Shown here one piece after another: positions 14,852-29,077 of a DNA stretch of 64,000 nt. The stretch covers positions 8,184,001 through 8,248,000 of the forward strand of contig OZ024750.1 of assembly GCA_964016885.1 (NCBI GenBank). The letters are read 5' to 3'. The translations under genes were made by a program, and so were the position numbers. Within the stretch, counting starts at the first letter, position 1. Each line of letters starts with the position of its first letter. The DNA is from Eledone cirrhosa. Taxonomy: Eukaryota. The notes beneath the pieces are model-generated. The model was not told the DNA's origin, did not search any database, and worked only from the letters and a program-made list of their open reading frames with translations.

Positions 14852-15283
14852 TTATTAAAATAACAGATTAAAGTTTAAGCAAAGAATCGCTGCTTTCACC
14901 CTTAACCGGTGCAATTGTTCTACCCGCTCCACATAATGACGTACTATCTTCGTTTTTTCCGTTCATTGCCAGAGAACGTCTCTATGAACCATCTAATAGA
15001 ATATTCGTCTACGACTTCTTTTATACCATAAATGTGGTTTTATCTTTGCGTGTAATTGTGTTTCACCGCTCCTATTAGTGGCGTATTATATTAGTTTTTT
15101 CCCGTTCTTTGTCAGGGAACGTTTCCACGAACCAAAGTATCGTCTTCCTGTCTTCTTCCGGTTGCAATGTTTTTTTAAATATCCACTTATGCGTTTACAG
15201 ATTGACTTTGTTAGTTTCAGAAGATCCCGTTAAGGGTGAAAGCAGCGATTCTTTGCTTAAACTTTAATCTGTTATTTTAATAA
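14852..15283. repeat. Inverted repeat, 55-bp arms (14852-14906 / 15229-15283) around a ~320-bp spacer
   Basis: ttattaaaataacagattaaagtttaagcaaagaatcgctgctttcacccttaac and its exact reverse complement. Confidence 0.9.
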
Positions 15284-15373
15284 ATATTTGTTCTACGGTT
15301 CTTATATATTTGATATATATCTATCCTTATCGAGCCCTCTTTGGATTTTAGTCTTCAAATTTATTATTATTAC

Positions 15374-15404
<31 letters not shown>

Positions 15405-15453
15405 ATGTATTTCATCTCTTTGGTGTCCCCTTTATGTCTGTTCTCATTTCCAG

Positions 15454-15918
15454 CTGCAACAGATGGTTGTATGCGGCGAGCTTCCATGCACTAAAGATGA
15501 ATCAGCTATATTCGCTGGTATTCAACTTCACATTGAAGAAGCCTGGCCTGAGGAAAATACAAGTACAACATTGGACCCAAGTGGATTATACAATCATGTC
15601 TCATATAAAGTGCCTTGCAAACATCCAGCAAAAGCAGCGACACCAGCGGCAGCAGCTCCTATCATATCCGATGATAGCGGGCACCACACTGTTCACTCAT
15701 CCGTGGACAAAGAGCATCAAGAAAACTTGCGCAAGAAAAAGGAGTTGATACGTACAAACAAAAGCAAAAAGTTGCCAAGCAATCGAAGACGCGGCCGGCT
15801 AGTCAAGCATCTGATGTGCTTCAGTGACTATGAATATAACTCAATCAGTGCTGTCTGTTTAGAAGATTATCTACCTCCAGAGTACACTACATCAAGGAAA
15901 ATTCGAGAACTAATTCAG
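15454..15918 (+). CDS. Large exon of a talin/kindlin-like FERM-domain protein, F2 (central) lobe with long insert
   Basis: ttctcatttccAG acceptor, CAG|GTATTT donor, 465 nt phase 0-0 inside ORF 15397-16200. MVVCGELPCTKDESAIFAGIQLHI matches the FERM-central motif (kindlin EIECTEEEMMMFAALQYHI). LEDYLPPEY resembles talin LKDFLPKEY. Confidence 0.88.
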
Positions 15919-15984
15919 GTATTTCTAAACTTTATATATTTTATAAGAAACATACGTACATTGGTTTTATTTCTTGTTGTTGTT

Positions 15985-16345
15985 CTTTTTTTTCTTTTTC
16001 TTTCTCTTTTTCTTTTTCTTTTTCTTTTTCTTTTTCTTTTTCTTTTTCTTCTTCTTGTGAGGGTCGTAGGGGCAGAGTCCTCAAAAACTCTTTCCAAAGG
16101 GTCCTGTCAGAGGCAACCGTCTCCAACAGATCCGGCTGGATTCCCAAGCGAGACCAGACAAACTCAAGGATTTTATCCAACCATCTTGCTCAGGGTCTAA
16201 CCCCTGGGTCTCCCGCTGTTTGGTTTTGCCCGTAAAATCTGTCCAACGATTCTTTACTGAGACATTCTAACCCCATGCCCATAGTATAGAAGCTGTGATC
16301 TCTCAAGTTGCAGCTCTACCTGAAGTGACTCTCTAATCTCTAAGC
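15985..16345 (-). mobile_element. 3' fragment of a second RTE-like LINE with (GAAAAA)n tail; short + strand relative at ~27060-27142
   Basis: Minus-strand ERSQLLYYGHGVRMSQ*RIVGQILRAKPNSGRPRG ... LETVASDRTLWK. The tail lies just downstream of the 15918 donor. Confidence 0.75.
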
Positions 16346-16503
16346 TACGCACTCAATAGATTTTATTTCTAATAGCAAATATTCATTCGATTAATTAATA
16401 TTTTGTTCTAAGGTAGACGGTTAAGGTCGACGATTTCTTTGCTTCATCGATTTGTGAAGCTAACAGCCTGACAATAACCAGTTATAAAAGACAATATCTA
16501 AGA

Positions 16504-16539
<36 letters not shown>

Positions 16540-19500
16540 GTCGAAAATATGCAAATAAGTAATATCGTCTTACATCTCAAAGGCTATGTTTTCCAACCAC
16601 GTTATTTTTATATCAAAAGGTTATGTTACAACCATTCAATCTTTAACATGACTCATGAGAGTCATTTGCGAAGCTAATGTCCCAACTGACATCTAAATGT
16701 GATTGGTGAATATATATTAACTGATAAACAACCTTTTTACTAATATGATTAATGTTCTTTTACCATAACAAATGCCATAGTCTCCTTTGCTAACATAGTA
16801 ATATAAGAAAATATAAACCGAAATTGTAACTGATTTAGAGATTCTCTTTCTATCTTGTAAGAACTTTTAGGATTAAATTGAAAGTCTTGGCTAACTTAAG
16901 TAGGTAGGTAGGCTATCAGTTTATGAGTTAAAGGTACTAGAAGAAGGTACTAGAGACGAGGTGATGTTGTTAAGCTTAGCGGTGGATTTTGTCCACTACC
17001 CAAGTTGTCCCAGTAAAATGCCTGAAAAAATACTGTGAGGCATCACGTCCAACACTTTAACAATTCTATCAGTGTTTGGCTGGTACGTTATGTCGGCGAC
17101 CTCAAAAGGATTTTTTTATTAGCACAACGCACATAGTTGGAACAAATACCGCAAGGCATTGTATCTGATGTTGTAACGAATCTGACATTTTGCCACCTAT
17201 ATAAAAACAGGAAATAAAATAATTTTGTGTGTCATGAGAAGAGGTAAGTACTGACATCTCGCTGCAGGTTACTTCTTCGAAGAAGTAAAATAGTTAATAA
17301 CATTTGAAAACGATGTCTGCAGAAAACGTCAGATTCTCACTTCCCCTCGTGGCTCATAAACATATCGTTTTTATTAAAGTTTTTTGGGTAGGAATTGCAT
17401 AAATTGTTCTTTTTTTACCGACGTAGGACATCACGTGTTTCATCAAATTTTAGTTGCTTTTTTTTTTCTATAAAATATTCATGCTTCTGGCATACATAAC
17501 GTCATCTTATCTCTTTCAAAATGTTTCACTACGAAGACTGTGGGAAGTATTCATAGTCTTTTAGTACAATAATTAATGTTTTTTAGTGATTGGTTCGAAC
17601 ATATTGACATAACGATATGTAGCTAGGAGTAAAAAATATTGGAAATGTTCAGATATTGCTGTTACAGCATCTGTTTTTTATGCCATCTTTATATTATTGT
17701 CAATAGTCTATCCGTAGTTTCTAAATATTCAATAAATGCAACATGGTATAGTTTTCTCATAATATATCGTTATAAATTCTTGCTTGAAAGTGAAAAAAAA
17801 CTGGTGAAATGCTGTGGTTTAATGACATTCATCTTTAACCCTATAATTTCTGCTATATTCTTGTTCATCTACGATCGTAATAAGAAAACTAAGCAAATAT
17901 TTCCTCGTTTCTCGTATATTCCTTTGTTTGTTCTTCTTAATATTCATTTTCATTCAGTATTCCTTCTATTCCTCTTCCCTCACTACCAGTATTCTGATTA
18001 TATGTGCTGACCTCTCTAGAAATGGAGAGTATTATCGTTTTATATTTCCATATTATTTAAAATTTCCTATTTATATATAAAGTGATTTTATCACAGTTTT
18101 GACACTCTAGTCAATATCTTCTTGCATATAATGAATATTCTTGTATACGATACATATTCCTGTAGACGATAACTATAGTCAGAAAACATTTGTTTATAAC
18201 GTGGCGTAATATAAATATTGACATTAACCCTCTGTTAGTTCGTTTTATAAATGCATCATTCATCTTCTAAGTTTTAGTTCATTAAAATTATACTATATTA
18301 CTGGTACTGACCAGGTATTAATGCTTCTACTTATTTATTCTTAGCAATATTCGTTTATCTTCTGAAATTCTATCTAACGATCTTTTAATACACTTTTTCT
18401 GATATTATCTTCTATTATATATCCTTGTTGATTTATTTCCAAATATATCTGTTGACCCGTAAATATTCCAATCCCTTAATGTTTCTGTCTTTATCTAGTC
18501 ATATATTTCCGAGTGGATATTTAACCATACAGTGTGTGTCATTCTAAGTTTTCCTCCTTCGGTCATCCAATCTTGCATTTAGCTTTAAATCGCCCAAATA
18601 TAAACAGATGATTGATGGCCATCTCATAACATTTAAATCCACAGCCAGTCTCGTTTAGCATGGCAATCATGAATGTCATTATCAAAATAGTAAGGGAGAA
18701 AAACAAGGAAGAAAATGTGAGAGAGAGAGAGAGTGTGTGTGTGTGTGTTTGTTTGGAATATTCCTGTGTTGATAGTTTTGTGGGGTTTTATTATTGGAAA
18801 AATCGTTAGAGTATTGCACACAGTTTTGCCTATTCTGGCTCTGTACGTCCTGAGTTCAAACCCAGCCGAAGTCAGCTTTACATTTTATCCTTTCGGAATT
18901 GATAGATAGAAGCCCTCAAAATCCGGGTGGTAGCTTAGCAGAATTGATAGAGCGTGGGAAAAGATGCTTTGCAGAATATGTGCAGAATGTGTGCAGAATA
19001 TTTGAACCCTGGCAGCATTGCCATGCTACGACATTGGTGCATCGGAGATCATTGGTGACTTGGAGAGATGGGGAGAGTTACATACAGACAACTGTTAGTC
19101 TTCCAGAAGAGGACTTGCCCACATCTACACTGTGAAGACGAACATTCCTGATGCAGATTCTCAGACTGACTATAACAGCACACAAAATTCATTGGTATTA
19201 AAATAACATGTAAATGTGGCTTAAACGAAATGAATGAATGCCTGCACCATTATTTCACCCCACTCACTGACATGTATCAAGGTCCTAGTGGTCGTAATAA
19301 GCAAATACAATAGCGCAAAAATATAGCTCTGTCCGTCTTCAGTGAGTAATAGAAAGGCTAATTAGAGAAAACAAGTCTTTCTAACCTTACAGCTTATAGA
19401 TAACTATATAATCAAGAAATATCGTATCAAGAAATGTTAGGCCACATCATGGCTGTAGTCTAATGGTTGAAGCTAGTAAAATAAAAACAATAATAGAATA

Positions 19501-19640
19501 TATAGTTCCTTGGCCATTATTCCCCCTTTTCATTCACCTCATTTCAAAATATTTGTTCTTGGAATACTTTACTCGATCAATCGATTCGACAAGATAATTT
19601 TCATCAATGAGTAGCACTTTTGTGTATGTTATATAATTTA

Positions 19641-19831
19641 TAATTGTTTCTACTTTTGGCACAAGGCCAGCAATTATCCCAGGGTATTACTGGTACTTTA
19701 TTTTATCGACCCCGTAAGGATGAAAGGCAAAGTTAACCTCGACGGGATTTGAACACAGTCCGTAAAGGGACGTAACTGTGCTGCAAAGCATGCCGTCCGA
19801 CCCTCTACTGATACTGCCAATCCACCGCCCT
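19641..19831 (-). mobile_element. SINE copy, full length
   Basis: Same family; flanked by tataattta duplication. Confidence 0.85.
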
Positions 19832-20115
19832 ATAATTTATCCGTTATATAAGTTATAATGGTGTAAATGTGGTTAGTTTCTACCTGTCTGTTTCTATCTG
19901 TCTGTCTTTGAGTAAATCCATATCCCGTTGAACAGTAATCCCTACGGCAGTCATGGACAAACTGCAGCCAGTTTCTGAATGGCACGCCTAATTTCAAAAT
20001 TACCTTGAAATATTTTTAATAGTGCGGCCCGCCGTGTAATACGTCACATCCTATGCAACCCACTACTCGAAAAGTGTTGTTCATTTCTGCTCAACGGCAT
20101 TATTTAAATTCCTAG

Positions 20116-20303
20116 AGCGGTGGATTGGCAGTATTGTTTTAGGGTCGGACGCCAAGCTTTGCAGCACAGAGTTACGGCCCTTTATGGTCTGAGTTCAAAT
20201 CCCGCCGAGGTTAACTTTGCTTTTCATCCTTATGGGGGTCGATAAAATAAAGTACCAGTAATGCACTGGATAATTGCTGGCCTTATGCCAAAAGTAGAAA
20301 CAA
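20116..20303 (+). mobile_element. ~190-bp tRNA-derived SINE, full copy with 11-bp TSD (tatttaaattc)
   Basis: A box TGGCAGTAT(c/t)G, B box GAGTTCAAATCC, core GCCTTTCATCC...GGGGTCGATAAAATAAAGTACCAG (Nin/Deu-domain-like by recollection), tail gaaacaattatt. Confidence 0.88.
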
Positions 20304-20718
20304 ATATTTAAATTCTTAGCAAAAGCAACCAAATTCCCCACAAAGTATGCCCTAATATGTTATATAAGAAAAGAACATATAAGAGAAAGTTATCTTAAAC
20401 GGAATAATCATAGTCATGACTGTAATCCCTTTGATAATAGGTCAGCTCGATCGGAGAAAATCGAGGACAATGCTCTTGTTCTCTAATGTAAAGTCTAGTG
20501 TATACTTACACTACATTAGTTCAGTTGGAAAATGGACTCCTTTACATATGTATCCATAGAGATATCGCTCTACCATATTATATGGCTTGATTTATTCTAA
20601 TACTTCCAGAATATTGCATCCATTAATACACACACATATACGTAGATAAATACATGCATACATAAATATGTGTGACAGTATACGTGTTTGTGTATCTATG
20701 TATGTGTGTGTTTAGATG

Positions 20719-20825
<107 letters not shown>

Positions 20826-21209
20826 AACACCGAGTTGAACTATGATTAGCCATGCAATTCGTAGACAAAGATACCTTGAATCTGGTGCTAAAAACCTAAA
20901 ACCAGGGAACAATGGAAATAATACGGAAAATGTAAATTGCAATAAATGTTGTCCTTAAAGTCAGCTGAGAAAATCAGTAGACTTATCAAATTTTTCTTTA
21001 AACGTCTCAGTAAAATGTGTTAGACTCAGTTGGAAAGACTATGTAATATCAATATATACTGAAATCGAAGGATCAATTCACAGGGGTTATTGTCTTCCCA
21101 AACATTCTTATGTTATTATCTATCATTGGTACTATATTAATGCTACTACTACTGCTGTTACTACTACTACTACTACTACTGATACTATATATTATATATT
21201 ATTATTATT

Positions 21210-21700
21210 AGGGCGGTGGATTGGCAGTATTGGTAGAGGGTCGCACGCCATGCTTTGCAGCATAGAGTTACGGCTCTTTATGATCTGAGCTCAAATCCCG
21301 CCAAGGTTAACTTTGCCTTTCATCCTTATGGGGTCGATACAATAAAGTACCAGTCACGCACTGGGTCGATTTAATCGACTTTCCCCTCCCCCCAAATTAC
21401 TGGCCTTGTGCCTATATAAGAAACTATTATTAGGGCGGGGGACTGGCCTTGTGCCAAAAGTAGAAACAATTATTGGGGTGGGGGATTGGTAGTATCGGTA
21501 GAACGCCGGGAAACATGCTTTGCAGCATAGAGTTACGTACTTTTATGATCTGAGTTCAACTCCCGCCTATGTTAGCTTTGCCTTTCACCTTTGCGTGGTT
21601 GATAAAATAAAGTCCCAGTAACGCACTAGGGTCGATTTACTCAACTTTCCCCTCTCCAAAACTGTTGGCCATGTGCCTAAAGCATAAACCATTATTATTA
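21210..21700 (+). mobile_element. Tandem SINE cluster: long variant, internally deleted mini-copy, second long variant
   Basis: Long variants carry the extra gggtcgatttaatcgactttcccctcc segment. 21433-21474 fuses the head directly to the tail. Confidence 0.8.
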
Positions 21701-22289
21701 TTACTACTACTACAACAATTACTACTACTAGCTTTATCTCTATTGTAATAGATATTATCACAATTACTATTATTTTATTCATTACCTTAACTCTATTATT
21801 AATAGTATCACTACCATGAATATTTAATTTTATGAATATTTCGTCATGAAAATAAAATAAAATTCAAACTAAAACATGAACGTAAAAGAAAAAGAAAACG
21901 AAACTAACGTAGTATAAGAAAAAAGAAACAATATCAGGAAGTAATAATATAATATGAAACAAAACAAAATCTTATTCAATATTGATAGGAATGAAAGAAA
22001 ATGAGAGTCTTCGAATAACACTATAGCTGATAAAAATTGCTATATTTCTCACACTGGTACACATACATAAACACCTTAGCAAGACCGTACTTTACATAAA
22101 TCTAAGATGCACATAAAACATTATACTTGATTTCCTTGTCAATGAAGTGTTGCAGGCGTATTCCAAAAATAGCAAAATAGGAAAGAAATGCTGATCTTCT
22201 CCTCACAATGGCTATAAATATTTCATAGCTGAAACACACAGCCAACTAGCGAGATCTTATTAGTTAGAATAAGATAGTCGTTATAAAAT

Positions 22290-22602
22290 GTGGTCTTCGT
22301 AGTCGTGGTTATATTATATTGAGTGTGTTGTATGTGTCAGTCTTTGTAATAGTGATTATATTATATTGTATTGTCTGTGTGTTGTGTATATTAGGCTTTG
22401 TAATAGTGAGTATATTACATTATATTGTCTGTGTATTGTGTATGTTAAGCTTTGTAGTCGTGGTTATATTATATTATATCGAATGTGTTGTGTATGTCAG
22501 TCTTTGTAATAGTGAGTATATTATATTATATTCTCCATGTGTTGTGTATATTAGGCTTTGTAGTCGTGGTTTTATTATATTATATTGAATGTGTTGTGTA
22601 TG
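22290..22602. repeat. ~40-bp degenerate minisatellite (tatattatattgaatgtgttgtgtat..ctttgtaatagtg)
   Basis: About 7 visible copies. Confidence 0.8.
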
Positions 22603-22935
22603 CGAAAACAATGTATAGTTGGTGGTAGGAGAGATGTTCTATGATAGAACGAGTAGGAGAGTGAATGAGTACAGATAGCTATTGAGTAAAAGGCAATCAA
22701 AGTTTCATGAGACTTGCAAAGATTTACCTACGCAGTTTGTTGCGCAAATAGCCATGTAAAACTACATACACTAAAACATACACACACACATCGAATACTC
22801 ATATAATTATGTAAATATTTACACAGACACACACACATATATATATAGGTATATGTATATGTATATATATATGTAGGTATATATATATATATGTGTGTTT
22901 GTGTATAGGTGTATGTATATATATATGTATGGATG

Positions 22936-22977
<42 letters not shown>

Positions 22978-22999
22978 GGTGTGTGTATATATACATATA

Positions 23000-23120
<121 letters not shown>

Positions 23121-23188
23121 CCATACATTCGGGTTCCATACACAAGGAAAACCTGCTCTATGTCAAAGTAAAGGATATTATATATTTA

Positions 23189-23370
23189 TTGGCAGTATCG
23201 GTAGAGGGTCGGGCGCCATGCTTTGACGCATTGAGTTACGGCCATTGCCATTCTGAGTTCAAATCCCGCCGAGGTTAACTTTGCCTTTCATCCTTACGGG
23301 GTCGATAAAATAAAGTACCAGTAATACACTGGGTAATTGCTGGCCTTGTGCCAAAAGTAGAAACAATTAT
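23189..23370 (+). mobile_element. SINE copy
   Basis: Same family; attatatattta duplication on both sides. Confidence 0.85.
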
Positions 23371-24159
23371 ATATTTATCATATTACTGAGATTTCTCTCT
23401 CTCTATCTCTCTCGTTGCTACTCTGAGTTTCGCGCATTGCCGATGATTACGCAACAGGAAATTAATGTAACTCGGGTACGACAAATATCCTGTATTTTAA
23501 GGAATCTTTGATTTCGCTGATAACAGTGAAATATTTTAAATGCTTCCTTTTTATTCAGTATATCATTTATAATTTTTTTTTCTGTACTTCTTGAAAATCT
23601 CATTCTCAATACATGTTTCACTCTCAAAGTTTGCTTAAAAGCCAATAATTGTTAGACGGAGGCAGTGACAGTGAGACTTTGGCTTCATTGCGGTATTTAT
23701 TTATATATATTTATTTGCCCCCACCATATAAAGCTTAACTATAACACTAAACTCAAGACAAATAATTTGGAAATGTATAAATTTCTTCTTTTCAATATTC
23801 TGTAGAATTCTGTGTGTAAAAAGAGGGAGATGATAGTTAGTTCTGAAGAGATGGCATGGAATACACGGCAATGGGTTGTCTGTCAATACACTGATTCAGT
23901 ACTGTTTTGTGTGGTAGATGCGTTTAGTATGACAACTATTTCATGAATGAAGATAAAAGAAAGCTAAGTAATATATAAATCTGTTATCTAATTCATAAAG
24001 TAAAAGGACAACAAAGATAAAGGGAAATTCGTGAGAAAACATGAAAGAGAGAAAAGAAAGATATTGATATACATTTCTATTTATTTAATCTGAAGGCAGG
24101 ATATAGTTGAATATAAGTTATCACCATTAATAGAACCTAGTAAAATGTGTATATATATA

Positions 24160-24643
24160 TATATATATTACAAAGGCATATATATATATATTACAAAGGC
24201 ATATATATATATATATTACAAAGATATATATATATATTACAAAGGCATATATATATATATATATTACAAAGGTATATATATATATGTTACAAAGGCATGT
24301 ATATATATATATATTAGAAAGACATATATATATATATTACAAAGGCATATATATATATAACAAAGGCATATCTGTATATATATTACAAAGGCATATATGT
24401 ATATATATTACAAAGGCATATATGTATATATATTACAAAGGCATATATATATATATATATATATTACAAAGGCATATATATATATATATTACAAAGGCAT
24501 ATATATATATATATATTACAAAGGCATATATATATATATATATATTACAAAAGCATATATATATATGTTACAAAGGCATATATATATATGTTACAAAGGC
24601 ATATATATATATGTTACAAAGGCATATATATATATGTTACAAA

Positions 24644-24725
<82 letters not shown>

Positions 24726-24730
24726 AGGAA
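24160..24730. repeat. Minisatellite: TTACAAAGGCA units separated by variable (TA)n
   Basis: About 20 visible copies. Confidence 0.9.
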
Positions 24731-25612
24731 TATATATATATATTCATTAATCGTTTCAACTCTAACTTTTGATAGATCATGAAATGTTATACCATTTATT
24801 TCTCTTAGCAGTTTTTCTCTAGTGAGATTGTCTTACAGGACGTAAGGGTCCTCTCTACCATGTAGCAGTTTATTTAATTTTTTTTTATATACGGGTGTAG
24901 GACTCTTATGGACGCGTTGTCGTCCTGTGGCTTTCAGAGGCCTCATCTTACTCTAGAATATTCTTGAATGTATATATTCCCTAATTGTGAATACTATAGT
25001 CAGTTGCTTCACTAATAATCCAAATTATACCCAGTTAATACATTAATTATACAAACTGTAGCCAGATAAATTTATTCTAGTGACTAGTGGAGTAATTTAT
25101 AATGGAGTTATGGCGACCAAATAGCAGCAGGTATCAGATTACATTGAGGGATATCTATCATTAAAGATAACGTATTTGATGATGGTGATGATGATTGTTT
25201 ATCCTTTAAGCACAAGGCCAGCAATGTCAAGCGAAAAAGAAAATTGATTAAATCCACCCCTGTGCTTTAGGGGTACTTTATTTCATTGACGCCATAATGG
25301 TGAAAGGCAAGAGAGAAGTGACCTTCGAAAATAAGATAGAATTAAAATTATGAATGCTAGAATGATAAATTAGAATTGCTGTAAATATGATGCATTCAGA
25401 TGATTAAAAGAAAGATACTTTCGAAGCTTCCAGAAAAATCCTACGTTCAATTTATCTTGTTATAATAGTCTGGTTCTAATACCAAACACTCACGTTCCGT
25501 TCCTGAGTTTAAAGAACTGTTAAGTTAAACTTCTGAGAAGGGTGTCAAATTTAGATCTGATATTAAGATTATTAGGATTATTATCTCTTGATTTAGCTTT
25601 CACGTCGATAGA

Positions 25613-25799
25613 AATAATTGTTTCTACTTTAGGCACAAGGCCAGCAATTACCCAGTGCATTACTGGTACTTTATTTTATCGACCCCGTAAGGATGAAAGG
25701 CAAAGTTAACCTCGGCAGGATTTGAACTCAGAATGGCAAGGACCGTAACTCTATGCGTCAAAGCATGGCGTCAGACCCTCTACCGATACTGCCAATCCA
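25613..25799 (-). mobile_element. SINE copy with 12-bp TSD cacgtcgataga
   Basis: TSD at 25601-25612 and 25798-25809. Confidence 0.88.
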
Positions 25800-25979
25800 C
25801 GTCGATAGATATAATGGGCACTAAATAGATAATTCATAAGTATTTAGTACAGTGTTTGCATAAAAATTGCTGATGGGGTTTTCCGGTGATTACAATTACA
25901 TTTAATAGTGTCCACAAATCAGGAAACAAGAGCAGCTACCAAAATATTTATGACATTTTATCATACACTTATATATGAA

Positions 25980-26144
<165 letters not shown>

Positions 26145-26859
26145 GTGCGTCTGTGTTTGTGTGTAAGAAAGACAGAGAGAGTCCCTGGTTCAATCGGAGG
26201 TAACCACAGTTAGTAAGGTACTCAATTCTTTAGTAGAGTGTAAACATCGCCTCCAATACAGAAATGGCTTTAACAGGACTAGAACTGACAATTTACTTTG
26301 AATGAAACATTTCTAGAGCTGTAGAAGCCATTTTTATATTAAATATCATATATATTGGTCTTTACAATTAAGATCTTTAAGCTTTTTTATGTTCTCAGAT
26401 ATGCGTTTCTGGATTATATATGGATTTTTCTCTGACTCATTTTCTATAAACGTTTACATTTTCTACTTCACAACATATATCAACCATTACTGAAACCTTA
26501 CTGTGTCAATAAAGCTGTGTTTACAGTTAAAACCCTCTAAATCAATGGGAATTGTCCTGGTTAGATGTAAAAACAAAACAAATAAATAGACACGTAATCT
26601 TATCCACTAAGAATAATCATCATTTTTGTTATATGAACAAATATATATATCTTAAAAGATTAATACGAACCTTCGGAACACCCTCTCAACCATTGACTGA
26701 GCGTATTAACCTAGGGATTATAATAGCATTGACTTAGGTTGTAAACATCCGACAAGTTTTTGATTTTGTTTTGTTTTGTTTCATGTTGTCATTGTAAAAG
26801 AAAAGAAATACCTGGAGTGACAGAACTGTTTTATTATTCGATATAGAGTAAAGCATTTG

Positions 26860-28740
26860 GTTGGCAATAATCGGTAGAGCGTTGGACAATATCCTTTTGT
26901 TAGTGTTTAGTTACGTCCCTTTAATTTCTGACTTCAAATCCCGTCGAGGTTATCTTTGCTTTTCACCTTTGCGGAGTTGATGAAATAATGAAACGCACTG
27001 GGGGCGATTTAATCGAATTTCTCCTCCCCAAAAAGTGTTGTCCATTATTTGGTAGCTAGATGGAGACCATTGCTTCTGACAGAACCCGCTGGAAGGAGTG
27101 TTTGAGGACTCTGCTCCCAGGAATAGGTGGGCGAAGAAGAAGTATTAACATAAAGCAGGGGGGTTCAGAATTGGGAATGGAATAGACCACAGGTTGCTCC
27201 TCCTAGGGCCAACTATATATATATATATATATCATCCTTACTTACGGGGTCGATAAAATAAAGTACTAGTAATGTACTGAGGTAATTGCTTGCCTTGTGC
27301 CAAAAGTAGAAAAAATTATTTTTATTAAAGGTGTTAGTGTATATTAATGGCTGGTATATCTTTCATACAGATTGGTTGCCTAAAATATTTCTCATTAGCT
27401 CACATAAAGTATTGGGAAGATAAAAATAATTACTGGTATTACTGGTACTTTATTTTATCGACTACGTAAGGATGAAAGGCAAATTTTAACCTCGGCGGGA
27501 TTTGAACTCTTTGCTGCGAAGCATGGCGTCTGATCACTACCGATACTGCCAATCCAGTAATAACAACAGTAACATCATCTTTATTTCAAAACTAACCTCA
27601 TATCAAGATTTATATTATCTTCTACTGTATTATTAATGAAATATCATTGAGATCGAGCTTACCTTTCACTATCTTACAGGAGACTAAATCTATGTAAATA
27701 TCATATAAACCACGCCTGTTTACAAAGAATTAGTGTTGTGCAGAGAAGATCTCATGTTTAGATAAATACAATATATTGATTTAGGTATTTATGAAACCTT
27801 GTTCATACACTTCTAAGTGTCAACCATGTAATGGTTTCTGATTAAGGCACAAGGCCAGCAATTTGTTGTGGGGGAGAGGAAAAAGTCGACTAAATCGACC
27901 CTCTTGTGTTACTGGTATTCTATTTCATCGACCCCGTAATAATAATTGTTTCTAATTTTGACACAAGGCCAACAATTATCCCAGTGTATTACTGGTACTT
28001 TATTTTATCGACCCCGTAAGGATGAAAGGCAAAGTTAACCTCAGCGGGATTTGAACTCAGATCATAAAGGGCCGTAACTCTTTGCTGCAAAGCATGGCGT
28101 CCGACCCTCTACCAATACTGCCAATCCACGTAATAATAATAATAATAATTGTTTCTATTTTTGGCACAAGGCCAGCAAATACGCAGTGCATTACTGGTAC
28201 TTTATTTTATCGACGCCGTGAGGATGAAAGGCAAAGTTAACCTCAGCGGGATTTGAACTCAAACCGTAAAGGGGCGTAACTCTATGCTGGAAAGCATGGT
28301 GTCCGACCCTCTACCGATACTGCCAATCCACAATAATGGTTTCTGATTTAGGCAGAGGGCCAACAATTTTTTGTGGTGGAGGAGAAAGTCAACTAAATCG
28401 ACACCAGTGTGTTACTGGTATTTCATTTTATCGACCACATAATAATTGTTTCTACTTTTGGCACAAGGCCATCAATTACCCAGTGTAGTACTGGTACTTT
28501 ATTTTATCGACCCCGTAAGGATGAAAGGCAAAAAAAATGGTTTCTGATTTAGGCACAAGGCCATCAATTTTTTGTGGTGGAGGGGAAAGGAGAGTCGACT
28601 AAATCGACCCCAGTGCGTTACTGGTGGTTTGTTTTATCGACCACGTAAGGAAGAAAGGCAAAGCTAACTTAGGTGTGATTTGAACATAGAACGTAAAGGG
28701 CCGTAACTCTATGCTTCAAAGCAAGGTATCCATCGCCCTA
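26860..28740. mobile_element. Dense SINE cluster (+ strand 26860-27050 and 27233-27320; - strand 27425-27556 and ~6 nested or partial copies 27830-28740)
   Basis: Repeated family core and tail sequences. Confidence 0.82.
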
Positions 28741-29077
28741 AGTCTCAACCATATAATACCAAAACAACTGCAGTGGTCAACCTTTGAACATACTGAATAC
28801 TTTGTTAGTATATGATGGGGTATGACAAAAAGAAGATTTGTGCCAAGAGATCAAAATATATCACTTCTATTTCCGTTTTCATATCAGTTCTCTTACAGTG
28901 TTAATGCAATTTAGACGAGAAAGGATGTTACACAAGATTTTTTTTCGCTTTTCCTATCAATTTGGGATCATGATTCTATATAAGAAATTATTTCTTTTAA
29001 CATGAAATGTTTCTGAACATTTCCAAAAGAAAACTGCCACTCTGCTCGATCTAGGATCACCAAAATTTGCGTACATC

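Noticed and set aside
15919-16200. Hydrophobic FLFLFL 'transmembrane' tail of ORF 15397-16200
   Set aside because: Lies after the GT donor and is the antisense (GAAAAA)n tail of a LINE fragment.
20116-20210. tRNA genes
   Set aside because: The A/B boxes belong to SINE heads; there is no cloverleaf and they are followed by SINE core and tail.
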